Of a stretch of 64,000 nucleotides of DNA, positions 32,580-42,719 are shown one piece after another. The notes below the pieces were generated by a model. The model did not search any database. It worked only from the letters and a program-made list of their open reading frames with translations, and had not been told where the DNA came from. Made by a program: the position numbers and the translations under genes. The DNA is from an uncultured Phycisphaerales bacterium (GTDB lineage Bacteria; Planctomycetota; Phycisphaerae; Tepidisphaerales; Tepidisphaeraceae), in contig CAWJPJ010000008.1 of NCBI GenBank assembly GCA_963844715.1, forward strand, positions 768,001 through 832,000. The letters run 5' to 3'. The first letter of the stretch is position 1. Every line of letters begins with the position of its first letter.

Positions 32580-35500
32580 TATCGCAACTCCTCTTCAACT
32601 TGGGTGATGGGCGGCTTGTGCCGCAGAGCGCTGTAGACGACGGGGACGAAAAAGAGTGTGGCGAAAGTCGCCAGCATGAGGCCGCCGATGACGGCGCGGC
32701 CGAGCGGGGCGTTTTCCTCCCCGCCCTCACCGAGGCCGAGGGACATGGGGAGCATTCCGATGATCATCGCCAGGGCGGTCATGATGACGGGGCGGAGGCG
32801 GGTCATTCCGGCGACGAGAGCGGCGTCGTGGGAGTCGAGGCCGTGCTTTCGCTGATCGTTGGCGAAGGTGATCATGAGGATGCTGTTGGAGGTGGCGACG
32901 CCGATGCTCATGATTGCGCCCATGAGGGAGGGGACACTAATCGTAGTGCCGGTGAGGAAGAGCATCCAGAGAATTCCCGAGAGGGCGCCGGGGAGAGCCA
33001 TCAAGATGATCAGGGGATCAAGCCAGGATTGGAAGTTGATGGCCATGAGGAGGTAAACGAGGATGACGGCGAAGATCAATCCGAAGGAGAGGCCGGTGAA
33101 AGACGCTTTCATGCTCTGGACCTGGCCGCGGACGGCGATGGTGGTTCCGCGCGGGAGGTCTTTTTTGACGCCGGCGACGATTCGATCGACGCCGTCGGCG
33201 ACGGAATTAAGATCGGTGCCGCGGACGTCCGCCAGGACATCGTAGGTGGGCAATTCCTGGTAGTGGGTGATGTTGGTGGGGGAGCGGCCGCGATCGATCG
33301 TGGAGAGATTTCCGAGCAGTTGGGTGGGGAGCGCGCCTTCGGGGAGAGTCATGGCGGCGGTGGCGACGGGGGAAGTCTGGAGATCGTTGATGTTTTCATA
33401 CCGATAGGGCGGGGTCTGGACGAGGACGCTGTATTGGCGTCCGCTGCGGGGATCGACCCAGAAATTGGGGGAGGCCTGGGCGGTGCCGCTGAGGGAGATG
33501 AGCATGTCGCTGGCGACGTTTTGCTGGGTGACGCCGATTTGATCGGCCAGGACGCGATCGACGTTGAGGCGAAGATCGGGAGTGTCGGTCACCTGCTGGA
33601 GGCGCAAATCCACCGCGCCGGGGACTTGGCCGAGCTGGGCGAGAATATTATTGGCGATGGAGAAATCCTTGTCGGCATTGGGCTGTGGGCCGGCGATTTG
33701 AATGTCGATGGGGGCGGAGATGCCGAAATTCAGAACCTGGGTGACGATATCGGCGGGGAGGAAGAAGAAGGTCTGGTCGGGAAATTGTTTGGGGAGGTCC
33801 TTGGCGAGGCGATCGATGTATCCCTCGGTGGGGGCGTGATTGTCGTTCAGGGCGACGAGGATTTCGCCGTCGGCGGGGGACATCATGGTGCCGTCGCTGA
33901 GGGAAAGATTGATGGAGCTGTTGGGAATTCCCATGTTGTCGGTGATGGTTTCGACTTCAGATGGGGGAATTTCCCTGCGCATGTAGTTTTCGACGGCGCC
34001 GAAGATTCGCTCGGTTTGTTCGATGCGCGTGCCGGGCGGGTTGCGGACGTGGAGGCGGATTTGTCCGGCGTCGACGGTTGGGAAGAAATCGCGGCCGATG
34101 AAGAAAAAGAGGGAACAGGAGAGAAGCACCAGTATGGTGAAGGCGGCGGTGAAAGTGGGGCGATGCTTGAGGCGCCAGGGAGAGGAGGCTGCCGTAATAT
34201 TGGCGGAGTTGCTCGAAGTAGTGCTCGAATTTGTCGTGGAAGCGCCAGAGCCAGTTGCGGTGGCGATCGAGGTGGGCCTTCTTTTCGTCGACGTGGGGAT
34301 CGTTGGGGTCGATTTTTCCGCCGTACATTTCGACTTCGTTGGCCAGGAGATAGTGGACCATGGTGGGGACGAGGGTTCGGCTGAGGAGATAGCTGGTGAG
34401 CATGGCGAAGACAACGGCCATGGCCAGGGGCGTGAAGAGAAACTTCGCCGGGCCGCTGATGAAGACGACGGGGACGAAGACGATGCAGATGCACAGGGTC
34501 GAGACGAAAGCGGGGACCGCGATTTGGGAGGCGCCATCGAGAATGGCCTGGACGAGGCGTTTTCTCTGGTGGAGATTGCGGTGGATGTTTTCGATTTCGA
34601 CGGTGGCGTCATCGACGAGAATGCCGACGGCCAGGGCCATTCCGCCGAGGGTCATGACGTTAAGGGTCTGGCCGAGCCAGTGGAGGACGATGACAGAGAC
34701 CATGATGGAGAGGGGAATGGAGATGACGACGATGAGGGTGCTGCGCCAGCTTCCCAGGAAGATGAGGATCATGAGGCCGGTGAGTCCGGCGGCGATGGCG
34801 GCTTCGCGCATGACGCCGTTGACGCTGGCGCGGACGAAGATGGATTGATCGAAGAGGGGGGTGATTTTCATTCCGCCGTTGGGGACCTGTGCGGAGATTC
34901 CCGGGAGGGCGGCTTTGACGCGATCGACGACGTCGGTGGTGGAGGCGTTTCCGGCCTTGAGGACGACCATGAGGACGCCGCGTTTTCCGTTGGTGTGGAC
35001 GATACTGGTCTGGACCTGGAAGCCGTCGCGGACGTAGCCGATGTCCTTCATCTGAACGGTTGCGCCGTTGACGGTTTTGATGGGCATCTGATTGATGGCG
35101 TTAACCAGCGGGGGGCTGCTGTTGAGAATGACGGGGTATTCCTGCTTGCCGATCTTGGTGGTGCCGGAGGGGATGACGAGATTCTGGGCGGCGATGGCGT
35201 CGGAGACCTGGCTGGGGGAGATTCCCCAGGCGTAGAGTTTTTCGGGATCTAGATCGACCATGATCTGGCGGACTTTGCCGCCGTAGGGCCAGGGCAATTG
35301 CGCGCCCTGGACGACGGCGAGACCGGGGCGGATGTATTGATTGCCGTAATCGAAGAGTTGCTGCTCGGTGAGGGTGTCGCTGCTGAGGCTGAGCTGCAGG
35401 ACGGGGACGTTGGAGGCGTTGTATTGAATGATCAGCGGCGGCTGAGTTCCCGGCGGCATCGAACGAATCGCGGTTTGGGCGATGGCGGTGACCTGTGAGA

Positions 35501-35816
35501 GGGAATTGGCGAGGTTGGCGTCGGGTTGGAAATAGACTTTGATGACGGAGACGCCGTTGAGGGATTGGCTGTCGACGTGCTCGATGTCGTTGACGGTGGT
35601 GGTGAGCGCGCCTTCGAAGTTGGTGACGATGCGCTGTTCCATGTCGCCGGGGGTCATGCCGCTGTAGTTGAAGGCGACGGCGACGACGGGGATGTTAATG
35701 TTGGGGAAGATGTCGATGGGCATGGAGGCGACGGTGACGACGAAAAGAATGACCACCATCATGGCCATGACGACGAACGTATATGGCCGGCGGAGGGCGA
35801 GACGAACAATCCACAT
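32579..35816 (-). CDS. RND efflux permease (frameshift near 34175)
   Basis: MWIVRLALRRP, DIFPNINIP, GILVDDATVEIENI and RLRPVIMT, split across two ORFs. Confidence 0.93.
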
Positions 35817-36051
35817 ATATCAGGAGTTCCTAAAATTGCGGGGCGACAACTCGGTGCGCCAAGGACGCACTGCCAACCCTGTCGGGAATGATACCGCAAT
35901 AGCGTCGATCCGGGAATGGGCGAACACGGCGTGGGGGGAATTCATGGATAAAGGTTGATTTCGGTGCGAAAACGGGGATTGGAAGCGCGGTCCCGATGCG
36001 GGAGGGAGCCGGCAGTTTGCCGCGCTGGCGCCGGGGCGCGGGCGCGCTAGC

Positions 36052-36291
36052 ATGTGGTTCATGTCGGAACCGCCGAAAGCGTTTGATTCATACGCGGAAC
36101 AGCCCAAAAAGCCCTCGCAGACCACGGAAAAGGAGAAGCTCAAAGTCGGCGTGACGGCGGGAGCGACGGGGCTGGGGTGTCTGGGAGTGGCGACGCTTCC
36201 GTTTAGTGTTCTGGCGATCATCGCGATTTTCTTTGCGATCGTGGCGTATATTCATCACGTTATCTATCTGCATCACCATTTGTTGAAATGA
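36052..36291 (+). CDS. Small membrane hypothetical protein
   Basis: C-terminal TM segment and His-rich tail. Confidence 0.5.
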   Translation: MWFMSEPPKAFDSYAEQPKKPSQTTEKEKLKVGVTAGATGLGCLGVATLPFSVLAIIAIFFAIVAYIHHVIYLHHHLLK

Positions 36292-36424
36292 GATGCCGCG
36301 CCCCCGGGGCTGAGCGGGATGGCCGCGTGGAGAGGGGCTTTCGCGGGGTTTTATAGGCGATCTGTCTGAAGTGGGGCTGGCTCTGGCTTATGGGGGGCGG
36401 GTGGTCTAGAATGTAATTATAGAT

Positions 36425-36498
<74 letters not shown>

Positions 36499-36509
36499 TT
36501 CCAGATGAC

Positions 36510-36545
36510 AAAGGGACTTGCAGCGATGCGAGTCCCTTTTTCTTT
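36510..36545 (+). terminator. Hairpin/terminator after tRNA
   Basis: aaagggacttgca-gcga-tgcgagtccctttt followed by a T-run. Confidence 0.7.
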
Positions 36546-36562
36546 GGCCAAAAATGGGCCTG

Positions 36563-36584
36563 CTGCCCCATAAACTGCCCCATA
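36563..36584. repeat. Tandem 10-bp direct repeat (putative integrase arm-type sites)
   Basis: ctgccccata-aa-ctgccccata between the tRNA and the integrase. Confidence 0.55.
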
Positions 36585-36616
36585 CGGCCTGGGAAACATG
36601 GTACTCGCCAAGGAGT

Positions 36617-36631
36617 GTTCAACACTTGTTC
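36617..36631 (+). promoter_or_regulatory. GTTC-N7-GTTC box upstream of integrase
   Basis: gttc-aacactt-gttc, within the hairpin ccaagga...tccttgg abutting the GGAGG RBS. Confidence 0.5.
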
Positions 36632-36645
36632 CTTGGAGGTGGCCA

Positions 36646-37851
36646 GTGGCCTATTTGTTCAAGCGCGGAAGCGTCTATTACGTGAAGTTCTACGTCGCCG
36701 GAAAGCAGAAGGAGAAATCCCTCGGCACCGGCGTCTACCAGATCGCCAAAGAGAAGCAGCGGTTGTTCGAGTCGGCGCGGGCCAGAGGTGAAAGCCTTCC
36801 GATGCCGACGCGCACGCCCATCGCGGAGATCGTGACCGCTTACGTCGCGGCCATCCGCACCGCCAAGACGGCCAAGAGCGCTCAGACCGACATCTATTAT
36901 CTCCGCGATGTGTTCGGCCCGATTTGCGACGCTCTGAAAATCACGAGCCGCAAGGCGTCGGAGAAAACCCGCAAGCGCCAATTGAAAGATGACGTGGACC
37001 GCCGGCACAAGGCACCGGTGATCGAAGCCGACTGCTTCGAGGCCATCACGACGGCGCAGATCGTCGAATTCGTTTCGGGCCAGGTCGCTCGCCGTGGCCT
37101 CGCGCCCAAGACTGCCAACCGCTATCGTGAAATCCTCACCCGCCTTTTCAATTGGGCCGTGGAGCAAAAAGGCGTGCGGCTGCCGGGCGACCGCAATCCC
37201 GCCTCCAAAGTGGAACGCTATCGCGAGTCGGCGCCGAACATCCGCTTCCTGACGCTCAAGCAAATCGACGAGCAACTTGGCGCGCTGGCCGACAATCTCA
37301 AGCTCCAGGCAATGGTGGCCACGCTGATCTTCGCCGGTTTGCGGCGCGAGGAGTTGTTATGGCTCACGCACGACGACTTGGATTTGGACACCGGGAAACA
37401 CGGCCTTATCCGAGTTCGGGCAAAGGAAATTCATGGCGAGTCTTGGGAGCCGAAGACGAAGAAGAATCGCGCCGTGCCGGTGAGCTCGCGGCTTCGCCAT
37501 TACCTCGACAAGTGGCAACTGAAAATGGAAAAGAGCAAAGGGGCGTGGATTTTCCCAAGCCCCGAAGGGAAGAGATGGGACCCCGACAACTTCTCCCAGG
37601 ACTTGCGCGCAACAAACGAAAACGCGAAATTATCCTGGGGTTGTCTGGATTTCCGCCATACGTTCGGCAGCCAACTCGCGATGAAGGGTGAGAGCCTTTA
37701 CAAAATCAGTAAGCTCATGGGAAACTCGCCGGAAATTTGTAGTCGGCATTACGCGGCTCTGATTCCTGAGGAAATGGGGGATTCCGTCGAATTCGGCGCA
37801 ATAAAAGATTCGATGATATCGCCTTCCCATGGGACAGCCATGCGAGCATAG
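36646..37851 (+). CDS. int: Tyrosine recombinase/integrase
   Basis: GTG start after GGAGG; AGLRREE (R), KTKK (K), DFRHTFGS, LMGNS and RHYA (Y). Confidence 0.93.
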   Translation: MAYLFKRGSVYYVKFYVAGKQKEKSLGTGVYQIAKEKQRLFESARARGESLPMPTRTPIAEIVTAYVAAIRTAKTAKSAQTDIYYLRDVFGPICDALKITSRKASEKTRKRQLKDDVDRRHKAPVIEADCFEAITTAQIVEFVSGQVARRGLAPKTANRYREILTRLFNWAVEQKGVRLPGDRNPASKVERYRESAPNIRFLTLKQIDEQLGALADNLKLQAMVATLIFAGLRREELLWLTHDDLDLDTGKHGLIRVRAKEIHGESWEPKTKKNRAVPVSSRLRHYLDKWQLKMEKSKGAWIFPSPEGKRWDPDNFSQDLRATNENAKLSWGCLDFRHTFGSQLAMKGESLYKISKLMGNSPEICSRHYAALIPEEMGDSVEFGAIKDSMISPSHGTAMRA

Positions 37852-37931
37852 ACCCGTTCCCGGCGTGCAAGCCAACATTGCTTGTGAACAGGCCGGAAGC
37901 TATTCTCCGTACATTTACCGAACACGCGGAT

Positions 37932-39272
37932 ATGGCAAAGCGGCTTACAAACTCACAATTACTCGGCCAGCAAGGCATGGACTTAGTCTCGACTCGAGTT
38001 CATGAAATGGGTTTCGCCTGGCATCCAACGAACGCCTCCCTCGATGCGGGCATCGACGGTTACATCGAACTCCGCGATCCAAATTCGGGTGAGGCCAAAA
38101 ATGCGATCTTGCTGGTACAAAGCAAGGCGAGATCCACTCTTGAACGGGAAACTGACGAAACCTTTGAATTTACATGTACACCCGAAGATTTGAGCTACTG
38201 GCTTCAAGGAACAGCACCCGTCTTGCTCATCGTGTCCAAGCCGAAAGAACAGCGCGCGTGGTGGGTATCGGTTAAGGATTACTTCCGTTCCCCTGACGCC
38301 AACAAGAGCCGACGGGTTCGCTTTGTCAAGCATGACCAGGCTTTCGACAAATCGGCGGCCACGTCACTGATAGCATTAGCGGCCACTTCGGGCAGCGGCG
38401 CATATTTCCCGCCGATCCCACGGCAGGAAAAATTGCTGTCGAATCTGTTAGCCGTCACTCGGTCACCCACCCGAATCTACTGGGCGCAAACGCAATTCAC
38501 TGATCGCAACGAGGTTTGGGACGAGCTAAAGAAACGCGTCGAATGGCCTGACCGCGAATGGTTCCTTTACGAACAGAAGATTTATTCGATCCACGACCTT
38601 CACGACGATCCATGGGCGAAGGTTTGTGACATCGGAACCATCGAGACAGCCGACGGAAGGGAATGGAGCCGCTCCCGCGACCGCGACATTCAGCGCATGT
38701 TCGTCCGCTTCCTTAACGAGTGCTTGCACTCGCGCGTGAGCCCGATGGGATTGCGCTTTACCGGCGCGTCAGAATGTTTCTACTTCAAAGCCACGAAGGA
38801 CCTGACAACCCGGCGAAAATCGTATCGAAGTCTGAGGGTCAAAGCGTCGCGGGACGTTTTCAAAGCTTATCCATCAAAAGCTGACCCAACGCGCATTGCG
38901 TATTACCGTCATGTTGCCTTCGAGCGTCGTTTTCGCAACTACGACGGTAAGTGGTTCTTGGAGATTAACCCGACTTATGTCTTCACGTCCGATGGGCATG
39001 AACTCCACCCATTTCGGGAAGAACTGTTGTCGAAGATAAAGACGATAGAGGGAAACGCCGCAGTTCTTGGGCTTGTTGTCATGTTCGCTGACCTGCTTCA
39101 TGACGATGAGGGATTATTTACCCGGGCGTATCCCCACCTGGGCTTCGGATGGCTCGAAACCGTGGAATTGCCAGTTGGCATCGACGACAAGGCGTGGCTC
39201 AATCGCGACGAGCTAAAGCTGCCCGAGTCTGACGAGGAAGACTTCACCCAAACTTTATTTGACCGATGTTAG
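37932..39272 (+). CDS. DUF4365-like PD-(D/E)xK nuclease fused to APAZ (short pAgo effector, DREN-APAZ-like)
   Basis: N-terminal DAGIDGYIEL..LVQSKA..DLSYW; C-terminal EKLLSNLL, YYRHVAF, WFLEINPTYVFT.DG and KTIEGNAAV, typical of APAZ; overlaps the pAgo start. Confidence 0.8.
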   Translation: MAKRLTNSQLLGQQGMDLVSTRVHEMGFAWHPTNASLDAGIDGYIELRDPNSGEAKNAILLVQSKARSTLERETDETFEFTCTPEDLSYWLQGTAPVLLIVSKPKEQRAWWVSVKDYFRSPDANKSRRVRFVKHDQAFDKSAATSLIALAATSGSGAYFPPIPRQEKLLSNLLAVTRSPTRIYWAQTQFTDRNEVWDELKKRVEWPDREWFLYEQKIYSIHDLHDDPWAKVCDIGTIETADGREWSRSRDRDIQRMFVRFLNECLHSRVSPMGLRFTGASECFYFKATKDLTTRRKSYRSLRVKASRDVFKAYPSKADPTRIAYYRHVAFERRFRNYDGKWFLEINPTYVFTSDGHELHPFREELLSKIKTIEGNAAVLGLVVMFADLLHDDEGLFTRAYPHLGFGWLETVELPVGIDDKAWLNRDELKLPESDEEDFTQTLFDRC

Positions 39273-40810
39273 CATTTTTTCTTGAAGAACCCGAGTTGGA
39301 GTTTGCCCGAGGCGGGCGCCACATCGACATCCGATTCGGCCTCAGCACGCTCGGGCCGCTGGATCGGACAGGTGAACTGGCGCCGCGAGCGATCCGCGTC
39401 GGCGTGGTGGGTGACGCGGAGAGCGTGGACGGTTTTCAGCAATGGATTACCAAATGCCGCGGCGGCATCGAGGCCAAGCCGTCGCCTCTCTCAACGCTTT
39501 TTCCATCATTCCCAGGTTTTGGCACGACCGGAGCCTTCTGCGATTTTGTCTGCACCCCACAATTGACTTCCAGTATTTCACGCAGCGATCTAGATGAACT
39601 TGCGGCCATAGAACCAGCGCCTTTACTTATCGAGCAATCCGTCACCCGCTATTTGAATGAAGCCGCTAGCTTGATCGAGAACACCAACGCGGACGTCATT
39701 GTCTGTATTCTGTCACCGACCTTGCTTAAAAAGATCGACGTTCAAAGCGAGCATCGTCGCGGCCCGCGCTCGCGGAAAATTGCCTCAACCGCGACGACCG
39801 CCGACAAAGTCGTATGGCACGATTTGCTGAAGGCTCGGGCGATGAAACTTCGCAAACCGATCCAGGTCACTCGGCCCGGAACATTCGGGGGGCGTGTGCA
39901 GCGGTATAAGCAGGACGGAACGAGTAGTCTTGAACTTCAGGATGAAGCAACCCGCGCCTGGAACTTTTTCAGCGCGCTCTATTATAAGGCAGGCGGAATC
40001 CCATGGCGGCTTGTGAGACAGACAAGCGACCTGGCAACGTGTTACGTTGGTATAAGCTTCTTTGAATCCAAGGATCACGATGCGTTGCAGACGAGCGTAG
40101 CCCAAGTATTTAACGAACGGGGTGAAGGCGTGATTGTCAGAGGCGGTCCGGCGACAATCGACAAAGATGATCGCACGCCCCATGTTCGGGATGAAGACGC
40201 CGAACAATTGCTGTCTCGTGCATTGGAACTTTACCGTACCGTTCATCGCACCATGCCGGCCAGGCTTGTGTGCCATAAGAGTTCTTATTTCACCGCTGGT
40301 GAAAAAGCCGGCTGTCGAGCTGCGGCAAAGGCAGCGCGCATCGATGGCGCTGACCTCATTTCAATCCGCAAGAGTATGACCCGGTTATACCGGAAAGGTT
40401 CGTATCCCCCGCTTCGCGGCACGGCTGTCAACGTATCGGACATGGAAACATTGCTGTACACGCAGGGGAGCATCGACTTTTATCGGTGTTATCCGGGCCT
40501 TTACGTCCCACGGGCATTTTCCGTGCAATGGGACGATGTGGAACAGAGCCAACGAAAATTGCTTGAGGAAATTCTCGCGCTTACGAAAATGAATTGGAAC
40601 AGCACGCAATTCGTAAACTCTGAGCCGATCACACTGGCGGCCTCGCGCAATGTTGGTGACATTCTTCGGTATTTGGGAAAGGACGACCCGATCGAAGCAC
40701 GCTACTCGTACTATATGTACGCGCCCGCACCTCATATCGTTAGCGGCATTCATCAAAATGCGAGCGACCGTTCCGGCGGACTTGCATTTCCGGAACGGTC
40801 GCTGCGATAA
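39266..40810 (+). CDS. ago: Short prokaryotic Argonaute (MID-PIWI, catalytically inactive)
   Basis: EEPELEF, GPLD, FPGF, HDLLKA, QDEATRAWNF..ALYYKAGGIPW, CYVGISF, AQVFNERGEG, HKSS, YPPLRGT, YPGLYVP, LTKMNWN, PITL and RYSYYM. No N/PAZ domains. Confidence 0.93.
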   Translation: MLAFFLEEPELEFARGGRHIDIRFGLSTLGPLDRTGELAPRAIRVGVVGDAESVDGFQQWITKCRGGIEAKPSPLSTLFPSFPGFGTTGAFCDFVCTPQLTSSISRSDLDELAAIEPAPLLIEQSVTRYLNEAASLIENTNADVIVCILSPTLLKKIDVQSEHRRGPRSRKIASTATTADKVVWHDLLKARAMKLRKPIQVTRPGTFGGRVQRYKQDGTSSLELQDEATRAWNFFSALYYKAGGIPWRLVRQTSDLATCYVGISFFESKDHDALQTSVAQVFNERGEGVIVRGGPATIDKDDRTPHVRDEDAEQLLSRALELYRTVHRTMPARLVCHKSSYFTAGEKAGCRAAAKAARIDGADLISIRKSMTRLYRKGSYPPLRGTAVNVSDMETLLYTQGSIDFYRCYPGLYVPRAFSVQWDDVEQSQRKLLEEILALTKMNWNSTQFVNSEPITLAASRNVGDILRYLGKDDPIEARYSYYMYAPAPHIVSGIHQNASDRSGGLAFPERSLR

Positions 40811-40835
40811 AAACGCTCGTGGCGGGCATGATGGT

Positions 40836-41045
40836 TCATCCCTGCCGTTTGGTCTCGAATTCTTCCACCTCCTTTCGGTTGTACCGCACAATTCCGTTGC
40901 GCCCTTCGCCAAGACAAAGCCGAGTCAGGCCAGCGCGCCGGGCGATTCGGTCAACGCTTGAACGCGAGCAGCGCCACCGCTCCTGAAGCTCTTTGGGCGA
41001 CAAATATGGCGAAACTGCCGGAGCGTTCACTTCAATCGTCGTCAT
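40836..41045 (-). CDS. Excisionase/AlpA-like HTH protein
   Basis: YLSPKELQERWRCSRSSV..VRYNRKEVEEF. Confidence 0.75.
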   Translation of the reverse strand: MTTIEVNAPAVSPYLSPKELQERWRCSRSSVDRIARRAGLTRLCLGEGRNGIVRYNRKEVEEFETKRQG

Positions 41046-41084
41046 GGCGTCACCGAATCTCACGACCAGCCGCACTTCGCGTCT

Positions 41085-41121
41085 GTTCGGTAGATGTTAG
41101 CATCACGCTCTGTAAAGTCAA
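41085..41121 (-). promoter_or_regulatory. Putative sigma70 promoter with overlapping TAAC-N7-GAAC box
   Basis: Minus strand TTGACT-N16-TAACAT; box at 41085-41099. Confidence 0.55.
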
Positions 41122-41161
41122 TGGTATTATCCATACCAATCGTGATTCATGATTGGGGCGA

Positions 41162-41867
41162 TTACGAGCGATTTGTTTCAGCAGGCCAGCGGCCGATGAT
41201 TTTGCCAATGCGGCACGATGTCTGCCGGGTCTAAGTAATGGCATTGCCCATCAGGCGTCACAACGGCGGCTTGGGGCGAAGCCAGTTGGACCCGACCGTA
41301 TAAGCCTCGCGCCTCCCACCCATTCCAGCAGTAGACCGCCGCAGGCCCCTCGCGGAATTCCCAGGGTGGTATGTTGCGGAACACGATGGATTGGCCGACC
41401 CCTTCAACTTCCAGCGCGTAAATGTCGTAACCCTTCCCGAAGCGCGCGGGCAGATGCCGTCCCCATTCTTCTTGCCAATCCTCATCAGTTTCGGCTTGGC
41501 CCGTGGACTTGATGCGACCGAGGAGAGGCGTGCCACGATCTTCCGGGCGGGTTTCTTTCGGAATCCAGTAAGCAGGATCGTTCTCCTGCGACGGAAGCGC
41601 ACGGCTCCGAACTTCGGGATCGAAAACGTGTGTATCCTCGATCCAGTCGATAGCGCCGTCGTTAAGCTGTTCCAGCTTGCGCAGCGACACGCGAAGCGCA
41701 CCAGCGAGCAGTCGCCGCTCCGAGCGGTTCATAATGTTCAGCGTGTGATGCATCTGCACGTCGTCGAGCGTTTGCAGCGACACGCCGTACAACTCTGCCA
41801 GATTCTTCCAGTTTTCCAATCCCACCACTTCCCTGCGATGGTCGAGCCATTGAATAAGCCTCGACAT
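41162..41867 (-). CDS. HTH protein with degenerate S24-like C-terminal domain
   Basis: N-terminal helical HTH-like region; PLLGRIK, YALEVEG and IGKIIGRW (the last after a frameshift). Confidence 0.55.
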
Positions 41868-41888
41868 CGTTTTTCCTTGTTGGAGAAA

Positions 41889-42573
41889 TCATTTCGTCAA
41901 AGTCAGCACTCCTACACAACGGGCGACTCGCGCAATCTCGCGCCGATGAACCGCACGGTCCGGGAACCGTGCCACGGTCCGGGTTCAGCTTTTTCAGCAC
42001 CAGCAAGTCGCGGTCATCATCGCTTTCAAACACCCGGCTGAAATAACATTCATCGTTGGTAAACCAGGTGATGTAATCCTTGCCGTAAACAACTTCTTGA
42101 CCTTCGACGTTCTCGAATCGCGCCGTCGCCGCATTTGGGTAGGTCGGCATCATTGATTCGCCGTCCACCCGCACGCAGAAATCGCACAAGCCTTGGGGCA
42201 CTTTCACGCCTCCGACTTCGATTGCTAAGCGCTCGCTGCGGACGCCGGCGCTGATGCTGTGGAATCCCGGCACTTCGGCCAACTCCTGGAACGGTCCGGA
42301 CACGCCGCACAGAGATTTCGATTCCTCCATGCTGCCCACGACATTCGGCGCGATCCGCCGTTGCAGATCGGCGGGCGTCACCTTCAAGACTTCGGCCATC
42401 TTGCGGAAGTTGTCGGCAAACATGCCGTGTACGCCTGGGCGCATCAGCCGAAAAACGCCCGACCGCTTCATGCCGGCGGCTTGCGCGAAGGTTTCCTTGG
42501 ACATCATGCTGCCGCGCCAAACCTCCGCGAGACGCTCGCCCGAAACCTTCACCGTGCGCGATTCCTTATGCAT
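41889..42573 (-). CDS. XRE/CI/LexA-like repressor with S24 domain (frameshift near 41975)
   Basis: HTH (SKETFAQAAGMKRSGVFRL), ISAG cleavage-type site and VRVDGESMMPTYP; GGAGG RBS. Confidence 0.8.
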
Positions 42574-42646
42574 TTTGGATTCAAACCTCCATGAGAGTCT
42601 GTTTACTGCCCTTCAAATCCAAAATGAGGGCAAAATGGAATAGTTC

Positions 42647-42678
42647 TTGACTCCGTCCATATCGTTAGGGTAATGTTC
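42647..42678 (+). promoter_or_regulatory. Putative promoter with GTTA-N7-GTTC box
   Basis: TTGACT-N18-TAATGT; box gtta-gggtaat-gttc at 42664-42678. Confidence 0.55.
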
Positions 42679-42719
42679 GGATAACCAAAAGGCAAGCAGA
42701 AAAAAGAAGGAGGCGGCGC

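Noticed and set aside
32600..35252. Long plus-strand ORFs (594 and 409 aa) and similar antisense ORFs elsewhere
   Set aside because: They are shadows of high-GC, codon-biased genes on the opposite strand and have no recognisable motifs.
39266..40810. Catalytically active (slicer) or long Argonaute
   Set aside because: It lacks N/PAZ domains, and the catalytic tetrad positions are substituted (GISF, HKSS).
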